A stretch of DNA of 64,000 nt from a virus (lineage: Duplodnaviria > Heunggongvirae > Uroviricota > Caudoviricetes). The position numbers and the translations under genes are program-made. Each line of letters begins with the position of its first letter. The stretch's first letter is position 1. The notes beneath the pieces were generated by a model. That model was not told the origin of the DNA and searched no databases. It worked only from the letters and a program-made list of their open reading frames with translations. Location of the stretch: positions 13,245-77,244 of IMG/VR virus record IMGVR_UViG_3300012942_000037; one strand, written 5' to 3'. Shown here in pieces: positions 10,002 through 19,474 of the stretch.

Positions 10002-11313
10002 GTTCGATCTAGCTGATACCCTAGTTCAATATGGTGTCTCGGATGACGATGCTCAGAAACTCAAAGGAGAGATCTCCGGTGATGATCTGATGGATCTGAT
10101 TTCATATCTTAAGAATAACGGTCAGGGTGTACAGTTGAATAAGGCCTCAGATATTCTTGGTAAATATGGCATTACGCTCAGGAGCAAGAAGGATATGGAC
10201 AACTACCTAGGTGCGAAATACGAGAGTCTTCAACAGGGTAAGGAACTCGATGAAACTTTTGGTATGATGTCACCACTCGCTGAAGCATTTACCTATGCCG
10301 TTGAAGTCAATGATCAAACTAGAGACCGAGTTCTTGACTGGTTGGATGAGAATCAGGTAAACTACCAGGCTACCAGCCCTACCAATTACCGCATCGAATG
10401 TGGTGATCGTGATGTGGCATATCGCACTGGCCGGGCGTTGTCTGAGATCCTCAGGAAGCCAACGGTGCGTGATTCCGTTGAGATTGAGGAAAAGATGAGC
10501 AAGAATCCAGACAAGCGTGTCAAAGCAGCGAAAGCCAAGATGGCTGATATTAAGCCTCGCAATCCGGTAGTAGCTGCGGTCAAAACCCGTAGTGGCGCCG
10601 GCGCCCATGACGGCGGTAAGGATCCACGTAAGGTGGATAAGTTCGGTCGTGGAGCCAAGCACAAGCCTCGTTTTGACGAGGAGATCGAAAGTGATAACCT
10701 GAATGAGGGAGTGATGGGTATGAAGCCAGTGAATCCACTTTTCCGCCTGCGCGAACTCGCAGGTCTACCAATGAACGGTCTGGATGAAGATGACTTTGAT
10801 GGCATTGAAATCCCCGAGGTTCCTCAGACGGATCCAGATGGCCCTCTAGCACCTGGCCCTGTTGATATGGATGATTCATCCGACAATGAGGGTGGCATGA
10901 TGGATACAGGTCTAGCTGGTGGAATGGATGATCTTGCTTCTGAGGATACGCCATCCGATCTAGATGAACCATCGGATGATATGGATGATATGAACACCTT
11001 GGATAACACTGACGACGTGAATGATCTCGCTGATAACGATATCGGTGCCATTACTCCTTCGGATGCTGGTGTGCCAGGAGATCTAGGTAGTGATCCAGTT
11101 GAGGCAGTTCCTGGTATGGATCCTATGATGCCAACTCAGAGCGATGCTATGTCACAGATTGAAGATGCTCTGAATAGCATCCAGTCTGGTCTAGCTGACA
11201 TCCGACTTTCAGAATACAAGAGCCTGATCCAGAAGCTTCAGGATCTCACCAACCAGGCCCAAATGATGGGTCGTGATTACCTAGGCGAGCGTTTCGAACG
11301 TCGCAGGAAGTAA
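9994..11313 (+). CDS. hypothetical acidic protein
   Basis: 439 aa with very D/E/M-rich DDMDD-type repeats in the C-terminal half. Confidence 0.5.
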   Translation: MDKFDLADTLVQYGVSDDDAQKLKGEISGDDLMDLISYLKNNGQGVQLNKASDILGKYGITLRSKKDMDNYLGAKYESLQQGKELDETFGMMSPLAEAFTYAVEVNDQTRDRVLDWLDENQVNYQATSPTNYRIECGDRDVAYRTGRALSEILRKPTVRDSVEIEEKMSKNPDKRVKAAKAKMADIKPRNPVVAAVKTRSGAGAHDGGKDPRKVDKFGRGAKHKPRFDEEIESDNLNEGVMGMKPVNPLFRLRELAGLPMNGLDEDDFDGIEIPEVPQTDPDGPLAPGPVDMDDSSDNEGGMMDTGLAGGMDDLASEDTPSDLDEPSDDMDDMNTLDNTDDVNDLADNDIGAITPSDAGVPGDLGSDPVEAVPGMDPMMPTQSDAMSQIEDALNSIQSGLADIRLSEYKSLIQKLQDLTNQAQMMGRDYLGERFERRRK

Positions 11314-11315
11314 TC

Positions 11316-11555
11316 ATGCGCTTTCTTGAGATCCGTGGTGGTATTCAGATTCCTGTCTCCCTAGAGGAGCAGGATCTGGTTGACCTAATTGAATCTCAAG
11401 ATGGTGCGATTATCAAACGTAGTGATCTTGATGAGCGCCAGAAGGAAGTCGCTCGCAAAATGGTGAGTAGGGGAGTTCTTGAAAGAGCTCAACATGATGG
11501 ATCGCTCTACTATGTCGTAAATCGTTTAGACGATCTTTGGAGAAATCATGACTAA
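11316..11555 (+). CDS. hypothetical protein
   Basis: 79-aa ORF. Confidence 0.4.
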   Translation: MRFLEIRGGIQIPVSLEEQDLVDLIESQDGAIIKRSDLDERQKEVARKMVSRGVLERAQHDGSLYYVVNRLDDLWRNHD

Positions 11556-12264
11556 CTCACTAATTCCTATGGGCCCTAGCAACGCAGATAAGGCAGAGAT
11601 GTCACGCCTGCTTCAAATCATGAATGGTGGAGCAGGAACATCAAATGTGCCTGCCGTTCGAGATGAAACCGTTCACGGTCAATACAGCGGCGGCTACGCA
11701 GGAACCCAGCGACCACTCAATGAAAGTGTTGCTCCACCCGTCTACTATCCAGGTGGTGGAACGAGTCGCGAAGAAGTTGATGCGATGAAGGTTCTTCTAG
11801 AAAAGATGAACGCTCTAGAAGGCAATGAAGCACCATTCGCCCGACAAGCGCTGACTGAGACTAACCAATATGCCGCATCTAGCAATTCTGGTAGTGAGTA
11901 TCAGGTTCTAGTTACCATCCAGGAGAGCAATGGCAAGGAAGTAAATCGCTACAATGTGGTTGATTCTAATCGCCGCGATGTAGTTCCAGGTCTGGTAATC
12001 AAAGAAGCTGCCACCGCTATCATGAAGTTGATGAATAAAGGCAATAGCCTGGATAGCCGCAAGGTTCAGGAAGTTGTTGAGTTGGAAGAAACTTTCAATC
12101 GTAACCGTATTGCTACCTCGCAGAATAAGGCACGTTACACTCGTTCAATGGAACTTGGTGAAACTGCCGCTGCTAAGGTATTCAAGGAACGGTTTGCTAC
12201 TTCGCGTGCCAACGCCCTTGCGGCACAGGATGAGATCAAGAGCATCCTAGAATCTATCCGATAA
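11548..12264 (+). CDS. hypothetical protein
   Basis: 238-aa ORF. Confidence 0.5.
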   Translation: MTNSLIPMGPSNADKAEMSRLLQIMNGGAGTSNVPAVRDETVHGQYSGGYAGTQRPLNESVAPPVYYPGGGTSREEVDAMKVLLEKMNALEGNEAPFARQALTETNQYAASSNSGSEYQVLVTIQESNGKEVNRYNVVDSNRRDVVPGLVIKEAATAIMKLMNKGNSLDSRKVQEVVELEETFNRNRIATSQNKARYTRSMELGETAAAKVFKERFATSRANALAAQDEIKSILESIR

Positions 12265-12365
12265 ACTCCACGGAATGGTCGGTTATATTTTGCCGATCGT
12301 TCCGTGCTGACTGAAAGCCCTACAGACTAAATATACAGAATATCGCAGCTTACTAGTCTGGAAGG

Positions 12366-12671
12366 ATGCTAATGGTCATTGATGAACTCAACACCAGTCC
12401 AAACTATCGCTTGGCTCGGATCCTCAATTTGTTGGAATCACTATTTGGTCTGACGATTGATTTCGAGGCCGCCAATAGTTTAGCAGAGCTCCGGAGCCTT
12501 CATGAAGCTTATGGATTGGAACGTAGTAGGATTATCCAGGAATCATCTTTCAATTCCTGTAACAGCAATCCCCATTATACCAAGGCCGTCCTTATCCAGG
12601 AAGCCATCCATATCTTCCTAAGTGAAGTTGCGCCAAAGCGTATCAAGCGAACAAAGAAGACTTCCTCGTAA
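12366..12671 (+). CDS. hypothetical protein
   Basis: 101 aa; a CTAAATA motif lies at 12327. Confidence 0.4.
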   Translation: MLMVIDELNTSPNYRLARILNLLESLFGLTIDFEAANSLAELRSLHEAYGLERSRIIQESSFNSCNSNPHYTKAVLIQEAIHIFLSEVAPKRIKRTKKTSS

Positions 12672-12683
12672 GGAGCAAACCAC

Positions 12684-14660
12684 ATGACCAAGACCAAGAT
12701 TGAAAAGCTCATGGCTATCAAAGAGGAGTTTGCTCGCACGCAGGCTCGTCTCGCTGAAGTCCGTAAGCTAGAGGAGAGTGCTAAGCCTCAGGGCATGTCG
12801 GCGCTACTCGAGAATGACCTAGAGCAGGCAGAACTAGTCCTAGCAGCTCAGGATATCATGCATAAGCTTCAGGATATGGCTGAAGACCTGGCGAAGATGA
12901 ATGCGCAGGATCTCTTCCCCCTCGTTGATAAGATGAAGGTAGCTTTCGGTCAGGAAGCAGCCCATTCTTTCGAAGAGAGTGCTCAGGATGTCATCACTAA
13001 CGCAATGAATACAGTTCGTCATGCCAAGGATGAACTCGGTAATTCCATTATGCGTCTTGAAGGTAAGCTACCAGCCAGTGATATGGCTGCGGATGCCAAC
13101 ATGGATACAGGTGCTGATATGTCGGCACCAGCTGACAATGCTTTCGATGCTGATTCACAAGCAACTGATGGCGATGTTGATGCTGCTATGGATAGCTTCG
13201 GAAGCGCAGATGCTGCCGCTGGTCCAGATGATGAACCACTTGGTCGTGCCAAGAAGGAGAGTGTTGAGCCAAAGCGTGCTCCACTCAAAGAGAGCATCAT
13301 CCTAGAAGCAGCTGGTAAGAAGCTCATCGAGACTGAAGGTCTTGAGAGCCTAATTGGCTGGGTTCTCGCAGAAGCTGCCGCTGGTATGCCTGAAGAGCAC
13401 TTCCGCAGTTTCGCAACCAGCATTGCTACCAAGGCCGCTAAGGATCCAGCAAAACTGGCCGGATGGATTGGTAAGAAAAAGCATGGTATGGCAGCTATGG
13501 CCCAATTGGCCACTCCAACCTATACCCAATCACCAAATCTAGAAATCGTCGAGTCGATTGAAGAAGGCAAGACCTTCCGCAAGGGTGATGATGAGGATTA
13601 TGAGAAGGCCGAGAAGTTCTCAGCTCGTAAGAATGCTCGCAAAGCCAAGCAGAAGGGTGATGATCTCGAAGAGGGTAAAACCTTCCGCCACAATGACGAT
13701 GAAGATTATGAAAAAGCCGATCGTATGAAGGCTCGCCAGTCTGCTCGTCGTCAAAAGCAGAAGGGTGAAGATCACGTTGATGAAGCCCGTGTTGCTGCTC
13801 GACAGGTTGCTAAGATGATTGAGGCTTCGATTGTCAGAACTGGCAAGGGTAATGCTGCGAAATACGTTCGTGAGTTCGCAAACCTCATGGCATCAAAGGC
13901 TGGTCTCATGGAAGGTGCTGATGATTGTCAGAAGTGGCTCATTGAAGGATTTGAAGCAGAGTTCGGTATGAAGCCAGCCGCATATAGCGTTCTCAAGCTC
14001 AGAGAAGCCACTCCTCCATTGAGTTCATTGGATCAGAAGAATGCTAGTTCGGCTATGGCCAAGATGGCTAGCAAACTAGCTGGTGATACCTCGGCCGCTG
14101 GTCAGAGCGTACAGAGCGCAATGTCTGGTATGGATGGTTCGGAGCGCAGCATTGCTACAAAGATGCTGAATACGATGAAATCAAATGGTCAGAATCCAAC
14201 CAATGCTGGTGAGTTCGTCCAGAACGCCGCATCGATGATTGATGGCGATGATGCCAAGAATGATGCTGACGGTGATTCTGATAATTCGAGCACCAATGGC
14301 ACAACTGGAACAAGCGGAACCACCGGAACGGTTAAGGGCCCAGCAGAGATGGGTGAGGGTCTAGAAGAGAATATCAATGCTGCTCATTGGCCCATTGATT
14401 CAGCTGGTCAGTATAAGGGTGAGCCCTTCCAGACTGACTATATGAAGTTGAAGCCAAACCCAAAGGGGGCTGCTAAGACTGAAGGTGGTGAGAAGGCTCC
14501 TGAACCAAAGGCTGATGAGGTTAAGGGTTCGAAGGCACCTGAGGCTAAGGCTCCTGCTTCCAAGAAACCAGCCAAGAAGCAAGCAGGTAACCCTTTTGCT
14601 AAGGAGGAAGAGCCTGCCGAAGAACCAGCTACTGAAGAAGCTGACGACTCCGAGAAGTAA
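12684..14660 (+). CDS. large Ala/Glu/Lys-rich protein, possibly scaffold or prohead-core-like
   Basis: 658 aa with coiled-coil and low-complexity character. It has an internal tandem repeat of about 32 aa (EEGKTFRKGDDEDYEKAEK... / EEGKTFRHNDDEDYEKADR...) and a KKPAKK tail. Confidence 0.45.
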   Translation: MTKTKIEKLMAIKEEFARTQARLAEVRKLEESAKPQGMSALLENDLEQAELVLAAQDIMHKLQDMAEDLAKMNAQDLFPLVDKMKVAFGQEAAHSFEESAQDVITNAMNTVRHAKDELGNSIMRLEGKLPASDMAADANMDTGADMSAPADNAFDADSQATDGDVDAAMDSFGSADAAAGPDDEPLGRAKKESVEPKRAPLKESIILEAAGKKLIETEGLESLIGWVLAEAAAGMPEEHFRSFATSIATKAAKDPAKLAGWIGKKKHGMAAMAQLATPTYTQSPNLEIVESIEEGKTFRKGDDEDYEKAEKFSARKNARKAKQKGDDLEEGKTFRHNDDEDYEKADRMKARQSARRQKQKGEDHVDEARVAARQVAKMIEASIVRTGKGNAAKYVREFANLMASKAGLMEGADDCQKWLIEGFEAEFGMKPAAYSVLKLREATPPLSSLDQKNASSAMAKMASKLAGDTSAAGQSVQSAMSGMDGSERSIATKMLNTMKSNGQNPTNAGEFVQNAASMIDGDDAKNDADGDSDNSSTNGTTGTSGTTGTVKGPAEMGEGLEENINAAHWPIDSAGQYKGEPFQTDYMKLKPNPKGAAKTEGGEKAPEPKADEVKGSKAPEAKAPASKKPAKKQAGNPFAKEEEPAEEPATEEADDSEK

Positions 14661-14665
14661 ATAGG

Positions 14666-14693
14666 TTGGGGAGAGGGCAACTTCTCCCCAACA
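14666..14693 (+). terminator. stem-loop after the 12684..14660 gene
   Basis: GTTGGGGAGA-GGGCAACT-TCTCCCCAAC with no U-run, so it could be an attenuator or a processing site. Confidence 0.35.
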
Positions 14694-14708
14694 CCTTAGG
14701 AGAACGTC

Positions 14709-15074
14709 ATGCGCTGGTCCGAAATTGTAAGCGAAGATCTCAATCCAGTCCAGATGGCAAAGAGTTCCATCATGGATATCCTCGCATCTCTGAAGGCTCA
14801 GGGTGTCACATCTATCACAGTTCAACAGATCATTGACCAACTGAAGGAAGATCCCGATTTTGAGGGCATGGAGATTGAAGGTGATCTGATTAATCAGGCC
14901 CTTCAAGGCGTTCAAGGTCTCAAGATTGAAGCTGATCCTCAGACCAATCAAATGACTGTCTTCATTGATAACCCAACTGCTGGTCGCCAAGTTGACCAGA
15001 AGCAAGCTGAAAAGGATGCCAATAACATCCATTCAGCTGCGATGCGTTCCATTGAAAGGAAGGATTCCGAATGA
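14709..15074 (+). CDS. hypothetical protein with an MRWSEIV N-terminus
   Basis: Its N-terminus MRWSEIVSE is shared with the ORF at 6708. Confidence 0.45.
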   Translation: MRWSEIVSEDLNPVQMAKSSIMDILASLKAQGVTSITVQQIIDQLKEDPDFEGMEIEGDLINQALQGVQGLKIEADPQTNQMTVFIDNPTAGRQVDQKQAEKDANNIHSAAMRSIERKDSE

Positions 15075-15445
15075 ACACCTTCCCCACCGCGGCCGAAGCA
15101 CGATCAGGATCGCGTAACAATATAGCGATCCATGATGAGATCCGTGCCATAGAATCTGATATCTACGAAGCTATTGCGGCTGGTAAGATGAATGTCGATG
15201 TCAAAAACAGCCCATTCACCGTAACTCCAGCTCAGGATGCTCCAGATTCTGATATCAACGCCTATGACTATTATGGCGCGATATTCAGCGATACCCCTGG
15301 CAATTCTGATGTTGATCTGCTCTATCGTTCACTGAAGGAGCAGATTGACATCGTTCAACAGAACTTCACAAGTCTAGGTTATCAAGTTCAACCTCTCCAG
15401 AATACTGATACGGGTAACACCTTCTTCTGGAGGATTCTATGGTAA
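15071..15445 (+). CDS. hypothetical protein
   Basis: 124-aa ORF whose stop overlaps the next start. Confidence 0.45.
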   Translation: MNTFPTAAEARSGSRNNIAIHDEIRAIESDIYEAIAAGKMNVDVKNSPFTVTPAQDAPDSDINAYDYYGAIFSDTPGNSDVDLLYRSLKEQIDIVQQNFTSLGYQVQPLQNTDTGNTFFWRILW

Positions 15446-17067
15446 TGGAGTTACTCAAGATGCTCAATGAGGCAAAGCTTCACAGCCGTACTCATTTTGA
15501 AGGCCTTGATATCAGTGTCGAGGTGCCAGCAGGTGGATATCGCCGTGGCATCAACAAGAAGACCAAAGAAGAATGGTCTTACAAGATCCCAGCCAGCTAT
15601 GGCTATATCAAAGGTACACATAGCCCAGATGGTGAGCATCTGGATTGCTACCTGAGGAAGAATCCCAAGAAGGGTGCTCAAGTCTATGTCATGCACCAGT
15701 TGACTGTAGATGGATCTCGCTTTGACGAGGATAAGGTCATGCTTGGCTATTCCTCCAAGAGTGAAGCCATTAAGGCTTTCAAATCCATGCTCTTCAAACC
15801 AGGCACGATGTATGGTGGTTGTACTGAGTTTGACATGGAACATTTTCAGGTGATTGCCTTCAGCGCATCCAATAGTCATGCGATGCTAACCAAGAATTCC
15901 ACCTATGACGAATTCAAACGTAAAGGTCTTCTGCCCCGCAATATCAAGAGCCCGCTCATGGTAGCTCGTAAGGTTTGTGAAGGTTTAGCAGAGGGTCTCA
16001 CGGAGATTAGCCAGACATTGAGTCGTGGTGATCTCGAGGAATGTCTAGATTGGTCAGGATACCATGAAGGTAGTCCAGTAGAGGCAGTTCTGACCCGTGC
16101 TTATGGCCATTATACTGGCACACCGTATATGCATGACTTTGGAACCCTATCAGAGGAAGAGTTCAAAGCCAAAGTGCTCAATTACATCATGGAGCAGGAT
16201 GCTCTTCTGACTGATACTGAGGATCACTATGGATTGGAAGAAGCTGTCGAGGAACTTGAACCTATCGGTGAAGATCTTAGTCATACTGAAAGCGGTGACA
16301 GACATTCATCTGATCTTGAAATCGAAGAAGTAATGGAGGAAGCCCCAATGACCAATGAAACCTTCGCGGTTGTGGTTCATACCCAGATGATGGAGAATAT
16401 TGGCACGGCTGAAAATCCAAGCTGGGCTACTGCTGGAACTAAGGTTCTTTTGGTTCAAGAGGATCTCACCACATGGGGAGAAGCTAGATCCGTAGCTGCC
16501 AAAGTAGCTGCTGGCCAGATTCCTGTAGAGATTTCAGAGAATGCTCATGTGCTTGGTATCGATGTCATCCCATCTGCTGATTACCACTATCTCTATGAGG
16601 AGACCCAAGAGGAGGAGCAAGTCAAGGAGACCACTACTGATGATGTCTTCTTCCAACAGCAGGTTATGGAGATGAAGGCCAAGGCTGGTATCCGTGACGG
16701 TTCATATGAAAATCAGGGCACCCCAAGCGTTCATGAAACTCGTGAACGACTAGCTCAACTGACTGCTGATTTCTATGAGGCAATGGAGGCAGAAGAACTC
16801 AAGGAAGCTTCTAGTAAGCTAACTGATGGTCAGCTTGCTCAAGCACTCAGAACGGTCAAAGAAGCCCTGAAAGTGAATCCACACGCTAACGTCAACCAGG
16901 TAATCAGAGCTGTATGTAAGAAGCTCTTCGGTAATCCAAACTTGGATGATGAGGTGATCAAATACGCTGAATTCGAATACGGAAGTATTGATGAGTTTGA
17001 CGACCAGATTCGAGGCAAGAAGGTTCCAGAGAAGATCTCAAGAGTCATCACCAAGTATGAAAACTAA
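15439..17067 (+). CDS. protein with an N-terminal inorganic-pyrophosphatase-like domain and a long acidic C-terminus
   Basis: The segments VPAGGYRRGIN...PASYGYIKGT..DGEHLDCYL...DEDKVM resemble family I PPase motifs (AGS..KYE / PxNYGFIPxT / DGDPLDVLV / DDKV). Confidence 0.35.
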   Translation: MVMELLKMLNEAKLHSRTHFEGLDISVEVPAGGYRRGINKKTKEEWSYKIPASYGYIKGTHSPDGEHLDCYLRKNPKKGAQVYVMHQLTVDGSRFDEDKVMLGYSSKSEAIKAFKSMLFKPGTMYGGCTEFDMEHFQVIAFSASNSHAMLTKNSTYDEFKRKGLLPRNIKSPLMVARKVCEGLAEGLTEISQTLSRGDLEECLDWSGYHEGSPVEAVLTRAYGHYTGTPYMHDFGTLSEEEFKAKVLNYIMEQDALLTDTEDHYGLEEAVEELEPIGEDLSHTESGDRHSSDLEIEEVMEEAPMTNETFAVVVHTQMMENIGTAENPSWATAGTKVLLVQEDLTTWGEARSVAAKVAAGQIPVEISENAHVLGIDVIPSADYHYLYEETQEEEQVKETTTDDVFFQQQVMEMKAKAGIRDGSYENQGTPSVHETRERLAQLTADFYEAMEAEELKEASSKLTDGQLAQALRTVKEALKVNPHANVNQVIRAVCKKLFGNPNLDDEVIKYAEFEYGSIDEFDDQIRGKKVPEKISRVITKYEN

Positions 17068-17073
17068 ATAGGG

Positions 17074-17100
17074 GCGGGGACATGGTTCCCCGCTTCTTTC
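17074..17100 (+). terminator. rho-independent terminator
   Basis: GCGGGGA-CATGGT-TCCCCGC followed by TTCTTTC. Confidence 0.6.
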
Positions 17101-17162
17101 ATGTCTGGCTAGATCGGAAATAGACAAGAACAACCAGAATTCCGTATAGCTAAGAGAAAGAC

Positions 17163-17861
17163 ATGATCCCACAAAACAAACTCTATACCTATCCGACTCT
17201 CGAGCGAGTAACGCAAGAAGACGGAACCCGTCATTACATCTGTGATAAAGACATCCCCCACGCCAGTGTCACAACTATCCTGAGTGCTACTGAGGATAAG
17301 ACTGGCTTGATGGAATGGCGAGCTTGGGTTGGTGATAAGAAAGCTGATCAGATTCGCGATGAAGCAACTGGTCTTGGTTCACTCATGCATACTCATCTGG
17401 AGAATTACATGATGGGTGAAGAGCGCCCACGTGGATCCAACCTGGTGCGTCAAATGGCCAGTAATATGGCTGATACGATCATCGCTCGTGGTCTATGTAA
17501 TGTCAATGAAGTATGGGCTATGGAAGAGATGCTCTACTTCCCTGGCCTATATGCTGGAACAGCCGACCTCATTGGTCTTCATAATGGTGAGCCAGCCATC
17601 ATGGATTACAAGACCACAAACAAGATGAAGACCAAGGATAAGATCAACAACTATGCCTGTCAGCTTGCTGCCTACGCTCTAGCCCATAATGAACTCTTTG
17701 ATACTCAGATCAAGAAGGGTGTGATCTTTATGGTTGCTCGAGATTTGAGCTTCCAAGAGTATGTCTTTGAAGGTGAGGAGTTCGAGAATGCGATCAATGA
17801 GTGGTTGGATCGCCTAGACCTTTATTTTAAGAATCAGCCATCTGCTCTCGAGCAGCCTTGA
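17163..17861 (+). CDS. PD-(D/E)XK family nuclease (RecB/Cas4-like exonuclease fold)
   Basis: The segments ADLIGLHNGEPAIMDYKTT and QLAAYALA resemble the D..E.K and QxxxY motifs of this nuclease family. Confidence 0.55.
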   Translation: MIPQNKLYTYPTLERVTQEDGTRHYICDKDIPHASVTTILSATEDKTGLMEWRAWVGDKKADQIRDEATGLGSLMHTHLENYMMGEERPRGSNLVRQMASNMADTIIARGLCNVNEVWAMEEMLYFPGLYAGTADLIGLHNGEPAIMDYKTTNKMKTKDKINNYACQLAAYALAHNELFDTQIKKGVIFMVARDLSFQEYVFEGEEFENAINEWLDRLDLYFKNQPSALEQP

Positions 17862-18297
17862 CGTGTTTACACTGACGACCATGGGTTCCTGCTGGGCAGG
17901 TACAGGATGATTTGTCACCATCAATGGTAACAACGTAGACGTCACCCTTGCTGCCTTGGATCTCGAAGCTTTGGATCTTGGGTGAGGTCATTTCGGTAGG
18001 TTCTAGGAGAGACTTAGAACCTAATACCTTGAGATCTTCCACATATTCGAGATTGATAACCGATTCACCAATATGGTTGTTTGGTGTCTCGATACCAATG
18101 AGGCGAAAAGTGCCCGGTTGGTCCCAGGGGTTGCTATGAGCAACTATTCCAATGGTTGGCTGACGGTATTCGTTCATCCATTCTAGGGTATATCGGGTCA
18201 GAACTTCAACCCTGGTGCCAATCTTTGGAATCTTAATCTCGGTCATACCACATTGTAACAAAACAGGAACCAAAGTCAAGCCAGCAAATAAATACAA
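17827..18297 (-). CDS. hypothetical protein with a C-terminal SWIM-type zinc finger
   Basis: The C-terminal segment SCTCPAGTHGRQCKH fits CxCx(n)CxH. The real start may be the internal ATG at 18246. Confidence 0.4.
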   Translation of the reverse strand: MYLFAGLTLVPVLLQCGMTEIKIPKIGTRVEVLTRYTLEWMNEYRQPTIGIVAHSNPWDQPGTFRLIGIETPNNHIGESVINLEYVEDLKVLGSKSLLEPTEMTSPKIQSFEIQGSKGDVYVVTIDGDKSSCTCPAGTHGRQCKHVKAAREQMADS

Positions 18298-18302
18298 AGA
18301 AA

Positions 18303-18917
18303 TTGGAGGCGCCTATGTCGGTTATACAGATCAGCCGAGTTCAACATCGTCGGGGCACAAGCGGGGAACTGCCTGACGCACTTGCGGACGGTGAGATTGG
18401 TATGACCACTGACACCGGTGAAGTTTTCATTGGTGCGCCCAATAACCCTAAGGTTCAAGGCCGTCACAGTTACCCTTACCAGAATATCAAGATTCTCACT
18501 GAGCTAGACGTTCAATATGGCGTCAGGGGTGATGTCTATTATCATGGTGCTCTTGAGAGTGCGGTAAGTCTGGCCAACAGTGAATGGATTCCTCTAATTG
18601 GTCTATTCCCCAGCAACACTCGCGACTTCGCCGTCTTTGATTTTTCATTGATGAAGAGTGATGGAACCGTGAAGGTTCTTGGAGAAATCAGCGCTTGTAT
18701 TCATGAGACTGATGCTGACCAAAGTGTAGTCAATACTACCGTGAAATCATCCATTGGATGGAATGGTGATCTTAGCAATGCGTTCAAGCTGACTAAGCTA
18801 GACAATGAAGGGCATACTGACTCAGGCCTCACTTGGCTTGCTATGAAGAACACCTTTGGTATCCAACTCACGCTCTGTGTTTCAGGCCGTGTTTGGACTA
18901 CCCCTTCGATTAGCTAA
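18303..18917 (+). CDS. hypothetical protein
   Basis: 204-aa ORF. Confidence 0.45.
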   Translation: MEAPMSVIQISRVQHRRGTSGELPDALADGEIGMTTDTGEVFIGAPNNPKVQGRHSYPYQNIKILTELDVQYGVRGDVYYHGALESAVSLANSEWIPLIGLFPSNTRDFAVFDFSLMKSDGTVKVLGEISACIHETDADQSVVNTTVKSSIGWNGDLSNAFKLTKLDNEGHTDSGLTWLAMKNTFGIQLTLCVSGRVWTTPSIS

Positions 18918-18932
18918 TCTTCGGAGCATCTC

Positions 18933-19385
18933 ATGAACCCCTTTCTATTGTCGCCTTCTGAGCGTCTTGCTGAATGGAGAGAATTTCGTCTTAGGTTGGA
19001 TGGTCTGAGTGAAGCAGAACAACTTGACCAGGTCGCCTTTTGGGTTTCACAGGCACCCACCTCTACTTACGTCTTAGATTACAATGATCCTACTACTTGG
19101 CCAGGCCCTTGGGAACTTTTGAACCAGGGTGATTTTGACGATACCGCCAAGGCTTACCTGATGGAACAAACCCTGGTTATGATCGGGTGGAACCCTGATC
19201 GTATGCGTCTCCATTATGTGAGAAACCAGAATGCCTCAATGGAGACGATGATTCTACTCATCGACGACAAATGGGCTCTAAATTACCTGCATGCCAGGGT
19301 AATCAATTTTGACACGGAGCACCAGAATTGTACATATTTGGTGAGCTATCGTGTAAACCCAGAGGGTGGACATTTAGAGACCTAA
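18933..19385 (+). CDS. hypothetical protein
   Basis: 150-aa ORF. Confidence 0.45.
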   Translation: MNPFLLSPSERLAEWREFRLRLDGLSEAEQLDQVAFWVSQAPTSTYVLDYNDPTTWPGPWELLNQGDFDDTAKAYLMEQTLVMIGWNPDRMRLHYVRNQNASMETMILLIDDKWALNYLHARVINFDTEHQNCTYLVSYRVNPEGGHLET

Positions 19386-19474
19386 TTAGCATTCCAGGAT
19401 GACTTCTAACGCCCTGGAGAATGCCAGATTGGGCTCACTAAATATCTACCCTACGATAAGAGAACAGGAAATAA

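Noticed and set aside
13019-13513. 164-aa minus-strand ORF inside the 12684..14660 gene, and similar antisense ORFs across the window
   Set aside because: These lie antisense to long, well-supported genes and have Ala/Ser/Arg-rich low-complexity translations, so I treat them as mirror-frame artefacts. The same reasoning applies to 897..1085, 1451..1855, 4012..4344, 5205..5705, 10270..10972, 14400..15032, 15451..15879, 39956..40579, 48320..49030, 55632..57107 and others.
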